A stretch of 62,557 bases of DNA, the filler included, from Bonamia ostreae (Eukaryota), in the NCBI GenBank assembly GCA_040357525.1. It is 30 parts of 30 records of this genome, joined end to end, with 100 filler letters (N's around TTAATTAATTAA, not from the genome) between each part and the next. Parts side by side here need not be neighbours in the genome. Positions count along the whole stretch, not along the records: positions 50,209 to 52,190 come from JBDODL010001158.1; positions 52,291 to 54,265 come from JBDODL010001159.1; positions 54,366 to 56,339 come from JBDODL010001160.1; positions 56,440 to 58,413 come from JBDODL010001161.1; positions 58,514 to 60,485 come from JBDODL010001162.1; positions 60,586 to 62,557 come from JBDODL010001163.1; 24 more parts are not named here. The stretch is one strand, 5' to 3'. The notes beneath the pieces are model-generated. The model was given only the letters and a program-made list of their open reading frames with translations. It was not told where the DNA came from and made no database searches. Within the stretch, counting starts at the first letter, position 1. Each line of letters opens with the position of its first letter. Position numbers and translations under genes: made by a program. Shown here one piece after another: positions 50,209-62,516 of the stretch.

Positions 50209-51530
50209 GGCGATTCAAACACCTTCGATTTTAAGATATTCAAAATAACATTTTTACAAAAAACATTTTTCACTTTAAAAGTGGCATTAGATAAACTAAA
50301 AAACAAAGGTGGCAACAGCGCCTTAAAAATTTTTTGATCCCAACAAAAAAGATCGGAAAAATTTCTCGCCGCGATCGATGCTTTGTAGCGAACTTGGCTC
50401 CAGTTATCTCTCAGTCCAACATAAATCACGCCATTTTTCAACCCCAAAAACCCTAAAATTTCTGAAAATTCGGGCGAAGCATTTTGATCGTCGACAAAAC
50501 AAGAGCTGCAAACAGCAGAAACAAGATTCAAAACGGATTCTCTTACGAAACGATTTGAATGGCGCACTCCAATTTCGAAAACAACTTTGTAATCGATTTG
50601 TTGCGACTTGAGCTCGTTCAAAATGTTTTTCCGAGTAAAACATTTTGGGAAAAGTGCGCTTAAGAGATTTAAGTTTGTTTCAATAATTGATACGGATTTT
50701 TTGTTCTGTTTTTAAAATAATGTAACGTCGATTGCGTTTGCATCGAAGTTTTTTCTGATCAAATTTTTTTCTATTTGTTCGGAGATTTGTCTATAAAATT
50801 TTTTAGTTTAATTTTTAATATTTCTGTCTTTTGAAAATTTTCTTTTTCGAATATTTGTTTTTGGCAATTTTGGATTTTATCTGTTTAAAGACAAATTTTA
50901 ATTATTTTTGGCAATTTTGGATTTTATCTGTTTAAAGACGAATTTTAATTATTTTTGGTAATTTTTATCGGTTTAAAGACGAAATTTGAAAAATTTGAAA
51001 AATAAATTTTTTGACAATTTAAATAAATTTGAAAAATAAAAATATTGATTTTATAATTTAGAAATATAAACGGTTTCAAAATATTAAATGTCATTAATCT
51101 GTAATGTTTCGCATGTTTTTTGATGTATTTCAAAGTGCTCGATCTATTTAGAATTTTGTAAACAGTATTTAAAACTTAATATTGTTATTGTAACAATTTA
51201 AAATGGAGCATTTCAACATATTTCTATCAAAATCAATGTCTTTATTTGCAATTGCCTATTTAATAGAAAATTTGCATTTTAATTGAGATTTAGCTTTTTT
51301 GTATAAAAAACAGATGCCAAATTTAGAGAAATAAAAATGTCGTTATTTTTAGTTGTTTTAGATTTTTCAAATATAAATGATTTGATATAATCAAAGAAAT
51401 CGGACTTTTGGATATTATTAGATGTTTTTAATAAATTTTTTAGATTTTTTAATTTCTTTTTGATTTCTTGTCTGTTCAAACCGTCTGCATTAAAATATAG
51501 CTTTTTGATTAAAGCAGGAAGATCTGACAT
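50209..51530 (-). CDS. HEAT-repeat protein, 3' truncated, multi-exon
   Basis: GVRHSNRFVRES and GLRDNWSQVRYKASIA HEAT motifs; probable first exon MSDLPALIKK at 51530 (linkage inferred). Confidence 0.6.
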
Positions 51531-51814
51531 TTTAAAATTAGCACCAATATTATATGATTATTATATAATTATAATAAAAGAAAAGCTTGTTCGATAAAAA
51601 TAATATATTTAAATCGACTATGATAATATTTTCCTAATTTTAGACAATTGATTACTTTTTATTGCATGAAAAATTGTTTTGTATGTTATTATACACCAAA
51701 AATTTTAATAACAAAAAATCGCTAATTCTAAAATTCGGATTATATTCAGAAAAATTAGAACATTGCTAAAAATAAAAATTTAGCAAATTGGAAGTGTAAA
51801 ATTTGGAATAACTA

Positions 51815-52190
51815 ATGTACATAAAAGAAATAGTTTTGGATGGTTTTAAATCTTATGCGAATCGAACTGTTATTAGTGGCTTCGATCAAAATTTTAATGC
51901 CATCACTGGTCTCAATGGCAGTGGAAAATCAAACATTTTAGATTCCATTTGTTTTGTTTTGGGCATTTCTCAACTTCAAAATGTTTAAAATTCATTTTAT
52001 TTTACAACTTTTAATTTTTTAAATTTTTTTAATTTTATTAAAAAAATCGGACTTAATTTTAATATTCTTTTAAATTTTATTATCAAAAATCGAACTAAGT
52101 TTTAATATTTTCTAGTTTTTGGCAAAATTTTTGTGAAATTTAAAAGGTTCGTGTAAACAATCTACAAGAACTAGTCTATAAACAAGGACA
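51815..52190 (+). CDS. SMC2: Condensin subunit SMC2, first two exons
   Basis: [51 protein letters not shown]..[intron 51983-52146][14 protein letters not shown]; absent from the ORF track. Confidence 0.97.
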
Positions 52191-52479
52191 NNNNNNNNNN
52201 NNNNNNNNNNNNNNNNNNNNNNNNNNNNNNNNNNTTAATTAATTAANNNNNNNNNNNNNNNNNNNNNNNNNNNNNNNNNNNNNNNNNNNNAAAAAAAACA
52301 ATTTCTAAAAAACATTAAAAATAATTTCCAAAAAACATTATAAAAACAGAGATCAGCAAAAAAACATATAACGACTATATCGCAAAATCTTATAAAAAGT
52401 GCTCCTTTTTTATTAACAAATCCACATAACAACAACCTTTTCTCAAAATATACCACATTTAACTATAAAAAATTATTCA

Positions 52480-54249
52480 ATGGCTTTACACTCAAATCAC
52501 AAAATACTCACTCTCATTGCCAAAATAGCAATCCCGTTATCCGGCCTTTTCGGAATTTTATTTGCTGGTTTCTTTAAGCTCTTTCCTATTTTATCACTAA
52601 CTTTAAAATCGCAAGCTTCAAAAATTCCTAATTTGTAACTTTCAAAGCGTTTTCTTTCCTCGTCCTCCGCAAAGTGCGCATTTCCAAAAAAGGCGACTCT
52701 TTTTCGCCTCTTTCCGACAGCGACGGCGACGACGTCGAGTCGATTCCGAGCACCGAATATTTCAAGATCCAAGCGATCTACTCCAAAATCCAACAAGGCG
52801 CCTACTCCTTCATCCGGACGGAGTACATCCACTTCACTCCTTTCTTCCTCGTCTTCGCCGCGCTCCTCGTCTTCCTGATCGGCTCCACGAACGGGTTTCC
52901 TTCCAATAAATTCAGATATCTGTTCGCCTGCCTCTCGGGGATCTGCTTCATCCTCGGAGCGAGCACCTCGCTCATCTGCGGGGCGGTGGGGATGGCGATC
53001 GCCACCTACGGGAACGCGCGCACGACGATCAGCGCGCAGAGCAGTCTGGAGGCGGCCTTCCAAACCTCGTTCACCACGGCGCAGATCTTCGGGTTCCTGC
53101 TGCCCTCCGTCGGGCTCGTCAGCTTGTTCGCTTGTCTGGAGGCGGTGCGGGCCATCGTGGGGAACTACGAGACGGCCTGCCGCATCCTCGTCACCTACGC
53201 GCTCGGGGCCTCGGTGATGGGGCTGGGCTGCCGGATCTGCGGCGGAGTGTACACGAAGGCGTCGGACGTCGGGGCGGACCTGGTGGGGAAAACAGAGAAG
53301 AACCTGAAGGAGGACGACCCGCGAAACCCGGCGGTGATCGCTGACAACGTGGGCGACAACGTGGGCGACATCGCGGGGATGGGCGCCGACTTGTTCGGGT
53401 CCTTCGCGGAGGCGACGTGCGCCGCTCTGATCATCGTCTCGCGTTCGAAGACGTTGGGCAAGTTGGAGTTCTCGATCCTGCTGCCGCTGATGCTGATCGC
53501 GACCGCCGTCTTTGTGGCGATGGCGACTACCTTCGTCGCCACCAAACTTTGGAGGCCCAAAGTCGACAGTTTTTAATCCTAAAAAACGAAAAGGCGACGT
53601 CGAATGGTCCTTGAAGCTCCAAGTGCTCATCTTCTGCGTCTTCATGATCATCGCCGCGTTCCCCATCTGCATGGTCTTCCTCCCCTCCGAGTTCAACGTG
53701 GCCAAGGACGGAGCAGTCGAAAACATCTCCACCAACGTGAAGGCCTTCTACTGCGTCGCCATCGGGATCGCGGGAGGAGCGCTCGTCGGTTTGATCACCG
53801 AGTACTACACGAGCCACTCGTTCCGCCCGGTCCGCTCTCTCTCCGAGTCGGCCGAGACCGGCCCGGCCACTGTGATCATCACCGGGATCGCTCTCGGGTA
53901 CCAATCAGTGCTGCTGCCCATGTTCGTGCTGGGCATCATCATGTACATCGCGTTCAACTTTGGGGAGTACTTTGGGATCGTGATGATGGGGCAGGGGATG
54001 CTGTGCTGCGTGTTCACCTTCTTGTTGATCGACGCGATGGGGCCGGTGTGCGACAACGCGGGCGGGATCGCGGAGATGGCTGGGTTGGGCGAGGCGGTGC
54101 GCGATCGGACGGATGTTCTGGACGCGGCCGGGAACACGACTGCGGCGATCGGGAAAGGGTACGGTATTTCGCTAGCGTCGGTGGTCGGGATCGCGCTTCT
54201 GATCAGTTATAACCGGTTGAAGGATATCCAGAACGTGAACGTGTTCAAC
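52480..54249 (+). CDS. Membrane H+-translocating pyrophosphatase (V-PPase, K+-dependent type), 3' truncated
   Basis: GGVYTKASDVGADLVGK, EDDPRNPAVIADNVGDNVGD, TEYYT, DNAGGIAEM, LDAAGNTTAAIGKG; introns 52568-52647 and 53569-53593. Confidence 0.97.
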
Positions 54250-55055
54250 GTTTTTTTTAATTGTTNNNNNNNNNNNNNNNNNNNNNNNNNNNNNNNNNNN
54301 NNNNNNNNNTTAATTAATTAANNNNNNNNNNNNNNNNNNNNNNNNNNNNNNNNNNNNNNNNNNNNACATTAGTAGGTTACATAGCCAGAAACAGGATAAA
54401 GCAAATATCAGTGTATCACACGGAATGTCGCAGTCTGAGGGGGGGGGGGAGAAAATAATAAAATTACAGGAGGTTAAGGATTTAAACTATCATACCCATT
54501 CGGGGGAATTGATGCATGTGGTGAGAGGCCCCTCGTGGCGAAGGAAGATTGTAAAAATACCCAAAAGACATTAAACAGTGTAAAGGTCAATGTCAATAGT
54601 GTAAAGGAATTTCACTGTTTATTCACAAATGTAGATTCTTAAACATCACCTCCAGCTGGTGACGTTTCAATATCAGTAAGAATTCTCGATGAAACGTAAA
54701 ACAAACAAATAACCGAAGAAATATATGTATTTTGATGTGTAAAACATACAACAAAATATTCAAAAAAAGTAAATTGCTGTGGCAATAAGGTATACTACAA
54801 AACATAACTGAGACCCCATCCATGATTGTTTGTTGGATCAAAATACCTTCAACTAGTATTGAACTCCACTAACATAACCTAAGAATTATAAACACATATT
54901 TTTAGGGTTGTCAAACTTACTGAAATAGCATTGAATATTTAGGACCTGCAATACATAAAACGAAACTAAAATCTCCATGAAGTCTAATTTTAGAAGCATT
55001 CCGAGAACCAACACCTGTAAATAGCACGACATCTAAGGTAAACAGCATACGAAAT

Positions 55056-55352
55056 ATGGCTGGAAACAGTTGGATTTTAGTTGCAGCCATCGATTTTGGA
55101 ACGACTTACAGTGGCTATGCATTTTCATTCAAAGACAAACCAATGGACCTACAGTCTCCACAGACATGGTATGCTGGGACCACACAACTGGCGTCCTTGA
55201 AAACACCGACCTGTCTGCTGCTAAATGCGGACCAGACCTTTCAATCCTTTGGATATGAGGCCCAGAATAAGTATGCCACTCTAGCAGGCGACGATGCTCA
55301 CCACGATGTATATTTCTTTGAAAGATTCAAGATGTTTCTGCATCATTCAAAG
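55056..55352 (+). CDS. HSPA12: First coding exon of heat shock 70 kDa protein 12 (animal host-type)
   Basis: LVAAIDFGTTYSGYAFSF, SLKTPTCLLL, FGYEA, FERFKMFL; followed by a gtaaac donor and a long intron. Confidence 0.9.
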
Positions 55353-55491
55353 GTAAACTGAAATATTTGATTTGAATTGTCTCAATACATGTTTTTGGTT
55401 GCTTGGCACACACTGGACACTAATCATGTTAAAGTTGCTCCTTGGTATGTTTCTTTGTGACATAATTGATACTAGTTACAACAGAAATATC

Positions 55492-55640
55492 TATGTAGCG
55501 TAGTGTATTCACGTCTCACCGCTACGATCAGAGTTCGATTCTGATCAGCAGTAGTTGTATTGAGAGGGTATTGTAGTTACTTATGTAGTCAGAGACGTGA
55601 CTTTCCTTTGAGTACTTCGCTATTCTTGCATACCGATGAT
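55492..55640 (+). mobile_element. Degenerate tRNA-derived SINE in the HSPA12 intron
   Basis: A-box-like tagcgtagtg, B-box-like gagttcgattc, and a decayed core ttcctttgagtacttcg. Confidence 0.45.
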
Positions 55641-56496
55641 TCCTTCGCACCAATATGCTAGCTGACAAGAGGCAAGAGGCAATTTGAAATGTTGTAAAAC
55701 TTGGTAGTTAATAGAATTAAAATAACAAATTTTAAACCATTAATTTCGTTAAAAGGTTTGCTTGCTTTCGAGGGTACATGTATCCCCCATTGTTATGATT
55801 TTTAACTTTTTCTTGATAANNNNNNNNNNTGGGACAAAGGAGGCATAGGTTGTAAATTTCAGGACTCCTGCGGCCTTAGGAGTAAGGCAAACATTGGGAC
55901 TAATGATACTTTTAACATATATTCATTTGACTGATAAGGTTTGTGGGCCTCTTGTTAAATATAAATTACATCACGTAATTTCGAATGACAGCAGTGGCTT
56001 TGTTTATATTTTTCTAAAAGAAAATTATGTAAATATCCCCTCGAAGGCCACATTCAAATGCAAACTTTTTCAATTACGAGATCGTTCCCTGTTTCTGATA
56101 ATCAATTGTTAATTATCATTTTAACGGTAGCCCTTCTTTGTCCGATTGAACAAACAACGTTTTAAACTACATGTATTGCTTGTCAAGCAGTATATTCGCT
56201 AGTCCAGCGTGTGTTTCGCCTAGGTCTTGTTTCCTATTTATCCAACGGCCGTAGATCCCTTTGGTAACTTGTAGTTCGCGCCTGACTTTTATCTCGCTTT
56301 TTTTTGTTTTTTTCACCCTATATCTGGAGAGCACAAGTCNNNNNNNNNNNNNNNNNNNNNNNNNNNNNNNNNNNNNNNNNNNNTTAATTAATTAANNNNN
56401 NNNNNNNNNNNNNNNNNNNNNNNNNNNNNNNNNNNNNNNTTATAATTTCTAATCTCCAAATTTTAAAAATAGCCCTTGATTTTAAAATAGAACAAC

Positions 56497-57929
56497 CTGA
56501 GTCCACCAAAATTTGGTTAAGCGCGCTAGCTCGACTTTTAGAACGAACGAAAATAATAGCTTGATTGAAATCAAGCTGGTCGAAAAGGGAACAAAGTTTC
56601 TTTGTTTTCTCTTTTTCGTCAATGTGTTTGTAGTACTGGACAAGACCGTGCAACGTCAACGCCGCGTCGTTGTCAACAAATATTTCATGTGGCTGAATTT
56701 TTATAGTTTAATAAATTTTCAGTTTGAAATTTTTATTTTTTTCGCAATTTGGTAAAAACCTCTCGCGCAAATTTCTTGCAGACTTTTCTGACATCATCTT
56801 TGATAGTCGCTGAAAACATGAGCACTTGCTTTTCTCTCGGCGTTCGCTTGAAGATTTGTTGAACTGTGTATCGCATGTCGAGGGATTCAAGCATTTTGTC
56901 GCATTCGTCTAAAATGAATCTTTTCAGATTTGACAGATCCAGCGCTTGTCGTTCAACCAACGAAAGAACTCTTCCAGGAGTCCCGATGACAATCTGAGGG
57001 CGATCTTTGCTCAATTGTTCGATGTTCTTTATTTCCGGAATTCCTCCGAAAACTGCCATTTCCTAAAAAATTTTATCAAACTTTTTTCGTTTTTTGGCCA
57101 AATTTAATTTTTATCAATTTTTTAATAATTTTTACCAAATTTTGGATTATTTTTTCCGTTTTTATTCAAATTTTTAATTTTTCGATCAATTTTTTTTAAT
57201 TTTTAATTTTCGATGAATTTTTTTAATTTTTCGATCAATTTTTTTAATTTTTAATTTTCGATCAATTTTTTTAATTTTTAATAATTTTTTCAATTTTGAC
57301 CAAATTTTTAATTTTTTGATAAATTTTTCTGTTTTATTCAAATTTCTAATCAATTTTGACCAAATTTTTAATTTTTTGATTAATTTTTTCAATTTTATAA
57401 ATTTTTATCAAATTTAGTTTTTCGATTTAATTTCAATTTGAATCGGAAACTTTGACGGAAGGCAAATATTTTGAGAGACGGTTAAATTCCTGGCAGATTT
57501 GGAATGCGAGTTCTCGGCAATGACAAAGAACGAGCGTGTCGAGTTCTTTCGCGTTGGGATCGATTTGCTGCAAAACGGACAAGACGAAAACAGCCGTTTT
57601 GCCCATCCCCGATTTGGCCTGGCAAATCAAGTCTGTCCCGAAAGCTGAAACGGGGATGCATTCTTGTTGCACCTCTGAGGGGTGCTCGAAGCCACAGTCG
57701 CCGATGGCTCTCAGCAATTCCGGTTTCAAAAGAAAATCACGGAAGCCTGCTGCTTGTTTTCCTGCGTAGGAGCCCCTTTGAAGGTTTGGAAAAGCAACTT
57801 TGTTTGGATTTGGTTGTTGACCTCCTGTACTTCTTCAACGGGCTCTTCGTAATCTTCAAGAGGCTCTTTGTCGATATCGTAAGCGTTCTCGTTTGTGACT
57901 CCATTACTGGTTGCTTTCTTTCTAGGCAT
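56497..57929 (-). CDS. DDX39B: DECD-box RNA helicase UAP56/Sub2, 3' truncated
   Basis: [53 protein letters not shown]; introns 57776-57798, 57063-57450, 56693-56759. Confidence 0.97.
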
Positions 57930-58175
57930 GAGCTAAATCGAAATTAGTTAAATTTTAGACTTTTTGAAAATATTATGTGTAAAGTTGTTATGAGTAATTT
58001 GATATTTTTCGGTTTGATTTAGTGTTTTTATGTCCAAATTTAAAATGTGTTTTTTCGAGTTTTAGCTTTTAGAGTTTTAATGTGGTTTTGATTTTTTATC
58101 AATAAAACGAAAAATAGTTTGAATTTTGGTTCATTAAAAATTCGATAAGTGATTTTTGGAAAAATTTTAATGTCT

Positions 58176-58361
58176 TTATTTGAGATAGAGAATGTTTCCG
58201 TTTTTGTCGAAAAGCGTCGGGTTTATTAGCATGAACGATCTGCCATATGAGAGCATTGCAATGGGAGTGCCGAAGACACAGAACAGTATCCAGAATATCA
58301 GATTGGGCCACGGCTCTTTAATTAGTCCCCTCAAATATATTGTCAATCTTATCAACGGAAC
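58176..58361 (-). CDS. DGAT1: Last exon of diacylglycerol O-acyltransferase 1 (MBOAT)
   Basis: Manual translation VPLIRLTIYL...WPNLIFWILFCVFGTPIAMLSY matches the recalled DGAT1 C-terminus QVPL...GN.IFW..FC.FGQP...L.Y; the ORF track shows a different frame. Confidence 0.75.
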   Translation of the reverse strand, partial: VPLIRLTIYLRGLIKEPWPNLIFWILFCVFGTPIAMLSYGRSFMLINPTLFDKNGNILYLK

Positions 58362-58513
58362 CTTTTATTAATTAATGCAAATTTTACAAAAACTGCAAAT
58401 TTTACAATAACTGNNNNNNNNNNNNNNNNNNNNNNNNNNNNNNNNNNNNNNNNNNNNTTAATTAATTAANNNNNNNNNNNNNNNNNNNNNNNNNNNNNNN
58501 NNNNNNNNNNNNN

Positions 58514-60485
58514 ATGATGAAAAAATAAGCAAAAAGATTTTAAAATATTTCGTAAACATAGGCCTACAGACTTCAAAAAAAATTAAAATAAATGAGAAAT
58601 TAATGAATTTAAAAAGGAATATTTTACTCAAGAATTTAAAATTAAAATCACAAAAAAATAAAAAATGTAATGTAAAGTTAACTGAAAGTATAAATATAGA
58701 AAAGTTAAAAAACTTCATTGAAGAACTTAATCCAAAAAAATCCTGTGGTATAGATAAAATACATACAAACATGTTTAAATACAGTAAGGAAATTAGTTGT
58801 GTTTACTTAAATATATTATACGAAAAAATATTGAAAACTGAGTCACCAAAGTTATTTAATACGGGTCTTATAATTCCTGTACCGAAAGTTAATAAAGAAG
58901 TAATTGAATCAAAAAAAATAAGACCTATCTCAATCTTAAGTATATCAAGTAAAATATTAGAAAAAATAATATTAAATGAACTAAAATATTTCTTGAAAAT
59001 AAACAAAATTATATCAACAAATCAACATGGATTTGTTGAAAAAAGAAATACATACAACAATATAATAAATCTTCATGAAGAAGCTTTTGCAACATTTAAA
59101 AACAAAAGTAACATGATAATTGTTTTCTTAGATCTAGAAAAAGCTTATGATACAGTCAACCGTGAACTAATGTTTAAAATTCTAAAAAATATAGGATTAA
59201 ATGATGAAATGTTGAAGTATTTTAAAAACTTTTTAAATAAAAGATATGCTCATTTAAAATTTAATAATAAAATATCAAGAGAACAAAGTTTTCACTACGG
59301 CTTACCACAAGGTAGCCCATTATCCCCAGTGTTATTCAATATATACATTAACAGTGTGTTGGTAAACATCAATAATGTAACTATAAGGGCATATGCAGAT
59401 GATTTGTATATTTACTCTAAAAATAAAGATATTGATATTTTAATTAATACAATGAATACTGCAATAAAAATTCTGTCCAACAGAACAAATACATTAAATC
59501 TTAAATTTTCTGTGGAAAAAACAAAAGCTATGTTAATTTCAAACAGTGTAAAAATTTGTAAAAAAATTTATTTGTATAATAAAAAAATTGAGTTTGTTGA
59601 AAATATAAAATACCTCGGTATTGAATTTGATAACAGACTAAAGTTTGATTATCAAGTTGAAAACACACTTAAGAAATGTCGTAAAAGACTATATATATTA
59701 AAATATTTATCAAGTGAGATTAAAGGCGCAAAAAAATGTATATTAATTAACTGTTACAAATCATTCATAAGATCCATTATTGACTACTCGTTTCCAATAT
59801 TCTTGTCCTTAACAAAATCAAGGATAAAAAAGCTAGAAGGCTTTCAACATAAAGCATTAACATATTTATTGGGTATAAATAAAAGATCTAGTTACTTATG
59901 TCTAATAAACTCTATAAATATTTTAACAATTGAAAACAGAAATATAAAACTTTTGTTTAAATATGTTAACAAATTTAAAATTGATAAACCTAAATACGAA
60001 ATAATTGACACTTTTTACTGTAAAAACTCTCCATTAACTATGATTTTTGAAAAGCTGAAAGTTTTACACAAACCATATGAAATTAAAAGTATCAAAAAAG
60101 AACTGATTAAAAATCAATTATTAATCTTAAAAAATAAATATAATACTACTAACGAAAATGTAAAATTTTCTATTACCATTTTTAATGCTTGTGTAAGTAG
60201 CAACATCACAATATACAATAAAATTAAATGTCTCAGCAACAAGTCATTTACAAACATTCTAAAAACTTTATGTGGTTGCTTAAGTTTAAATTATTTTCTC
60301 TTTAATTTGAAAATTTCAAAAAAAGAGAAATGTGATACATGTAAATTCAGAGAAACAGTAAAACACTGTTTATTTTACTTTAAAAATTATGAGAATTTTA
60401 GGACTTTATCCTTAAATTCCAAAAAAATTAAATATAAGAAATTACAGCAGAACTTATTTTTTGATATGAAAACCCTAAATCAACT
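58514..60485 (+). mobile_element. Non-LTR retrotransposon (LINE) ORF2 reverse transcriptase, both ends truncated
   Basis: KSCGID, RPISIL..SKILEK, QHGF, FLDLEKAYD, GLPQGSPLSPVLFNIY, YADD, KYLGI, C-terminal CxxC..ET..H finger; uninterrupted for over 620 codons. Confidence 0.95.
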
Positions 60486-60892
60486 NNNNNNNNNNNNNNN
60501 NNNNNNNNNNNNNNNNNNNNNNNNNNNNNTTAATTAATTAANNNNNNNNNNNNNNNNNNNNNNNNNNNNNNNNNNNNNNNNNNNNTTTCACCCTAATCAG
60601 TACATTTTATATTACTCTTTTCTGTACAATTCTTTGATTAATGTTGTTTAGAACAGAATGTGATTGTTAAAAATCCCATTAAAGCATTTAAAAAGATTGT
60701 TCCTGGCAATGGTCCTACAACTAATGAAATTTTCATTGGATAGCGATTAAAAATCGTTAAACTAATAATTTGGGTTATCATTTGGATCAAAAATCGTTAA
60801 AAATCGTTAAAATCAGTTAAATAATCATCGAAGATGATTTGGAGAATTTTGAACAAATCTAATTAAAATTGGTAATCGATTTATTGATTTAA

Positions 60893-61732
60893 CTACGCAC
60901 TGTGTAAAGAAATCCATAAACGATAAGATAAACCACCAAGAAATCCACTGGTTACGAGACTGCCAGCAAACAAAGAAACTGTACCCATTTGAATAAATGA
61001 CACTGTGTGTAATTGACCAAGATAATCCATTCTTTTGATGCAAGTGACAACATAATCTGGTTTTCCGTCTTTGCAATAAACAGCAGTTGCTGAAATTGCG
61101 GCTGCCGTGTTATTTACGAATGAGTCGTCTCCACAAGCCACAACAAAAGGACCTTTACCTATTACAGCTTTTTGGCCTGACGGCATCGTGAATACGTTTT
61201 CAGTTGGTCCTAGCAGTGTAGCATCCTTGGGAATCTTATAAAGACACATTTCTTTCGTAAAATCGGCTACAATAGTGGGGTAATCGTAATCGCACACGCC
61301 ATTTGAATCAACGTATGCATTCAATTTTATTCCTTTTCCTTTCGAACCTTCCGAGCACGCTTTTATTATAGTTGTTACAAAGTTAAGTCACAAACAAACA
61401 ATGTTTCTATAACAATTTTTATTGCGATTTTTTAAAATTCGTTAAAACAAATTGTTCCTTTGTTAAAAACAGTTTATAGTAGTCATATCCCAGTTGCCAT
61501 TTTCGTGACAATTAAAATACCCTGATTTGAAAAGCGATCCAATAGCTTGGATTACTAAAAAATCCTTGACCGCAGTCAATTGATATCTTCCTGGACTATA
61601 GGTTTTATCGTGTATAACTGGTTGAGTCGCAGATTTTCTGACTTCAATGCCATCTTGCGGCTTTGGGCCATTTTTTGAACAAGCTTGCGAGATAAAAATT
61701 AAATAAGAGAGAATAACGAAATTGAAGTTCAT
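60893..61732 (-). CDS. Predicted secreted/surface protein with Cys-bounded repeats and hydrophobic C-terminus, 2 exons
   Basis: Signal peptide MNFNFVILSYLIFISQA; intron 61360-61470 joins the two ORFs in frame; ends ...SLFAGSLVTSGFLGGLSYRLWISLHSA*. Confidence 0.65.
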
Positions 61733-61901
61733 TTTCGGTTTGTTGTAGATTGTGTGTTTTTTATAAAAAATTGTAATAAATTTTTTTGCAACCCGATTTT
61801 CATTAATAAATATACCACAGAATTTGTTTTTAACATGTTCAGATTTTGACCATATTTCGTAGTCTAAAAACAATAATTTAGCTTTGTAACTAAAAACGGG
61901 A

Positions 61902-62516
61902 ATGCAGCGATTTTTGGAAATAACAGTTTGTGGCGAAGACGGTGGCAATAGCGATTTTTATAAATTATCAGAAGAAACGTCCGTCCTGAAATTAAAGCAG
62001 AACGTTGAGTTAAAAGTAATTTTTGTGTCTTTTGCCAAAAATTTTTTGTAACAATAAACATTTTGAAGACCGGAATAAAAGTAAAAAATCTAAAATACAA
62101 AGGCAAAAAATTGCCATTTAACAAAAATTCCAAATTGTCTTCTTTAAAAATGGAAGCTAGTGATGTTATAATCGCAGATTTTGATATGACGATAACGAAA
62201 AAACTCATTGAAGACAGTGTGCCGAAGGAATACTTTTTTGAACCAGAAAAATTTAAAAATTTTGTTAAAGGAAATCCGACATTGATGTCACATCTCATAA
62301 AAGTAAATATTCCGTTTATAACAGGAAAACAGTGTGTTGGCTGAAGCAGTGATGTCAGACGACCACGAGTTTCTAAGAGACGCTCTTTCTGAATATTCGG
62401 TTAAAATAAGACAAAACTATATTCTCGAGAAAAACAAAAATAACCAAAAAGCGATTGAGAGCACAATTCAACAGAACAATATTCGAGAAAACATGGAGAG
62501 CGCATTAGAACATGCG
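61902..62516 (+). CDS. DDI1: DNA damage-inducible protein DDI1 (UBL plus helical domain), 3' truncated
   Basis: Ubiquitin-like N-terminus, PEKFKNFVKGNPTLMSHLIKENSVLAEAV, and IQQNNIRENMESALEHA preceding the retropepsin domain; introns 62016-62068 and 62303-62324. Confidence 0.8.

Noticed and set aside
52347-52360. U6-like ACAGAGA...AGC
   Set aside because: No internal stem-loop or other U6 features; it lies in A-rich upstream DNA.
52497-53735. 412-aa antisense ORF over the V-PPase, and similar ones over AMPK (44386-45177), FtsH, SLY1 (47094-47939) and 19050-19586
   Set aside because: Shadow ORFs expected from GC-rich or biased codon usage on the coding strand; no family motifs.
55056-55352. 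Horizontal transfer of animal HSPA12 into the protist
   Set aside because: The contig has host-type composition, a SINE-like insert, TACATGTA and a long intron; contamination is the simpler explanation.
56440-60485. Functional clustering of neighbouring genes across contigs (e.g. UAP56 with the RT)
   Set aside because: Adjacency across linkers reflects length sorting, not genome order.
62063-62344. HAD 5'-nucleotidase suggested by IIADFDMTIT
   Set aside because: Flanking exons give a ubiquitin-like domain and DDI1-specific helical motifs; the DxD match appears coincidental.
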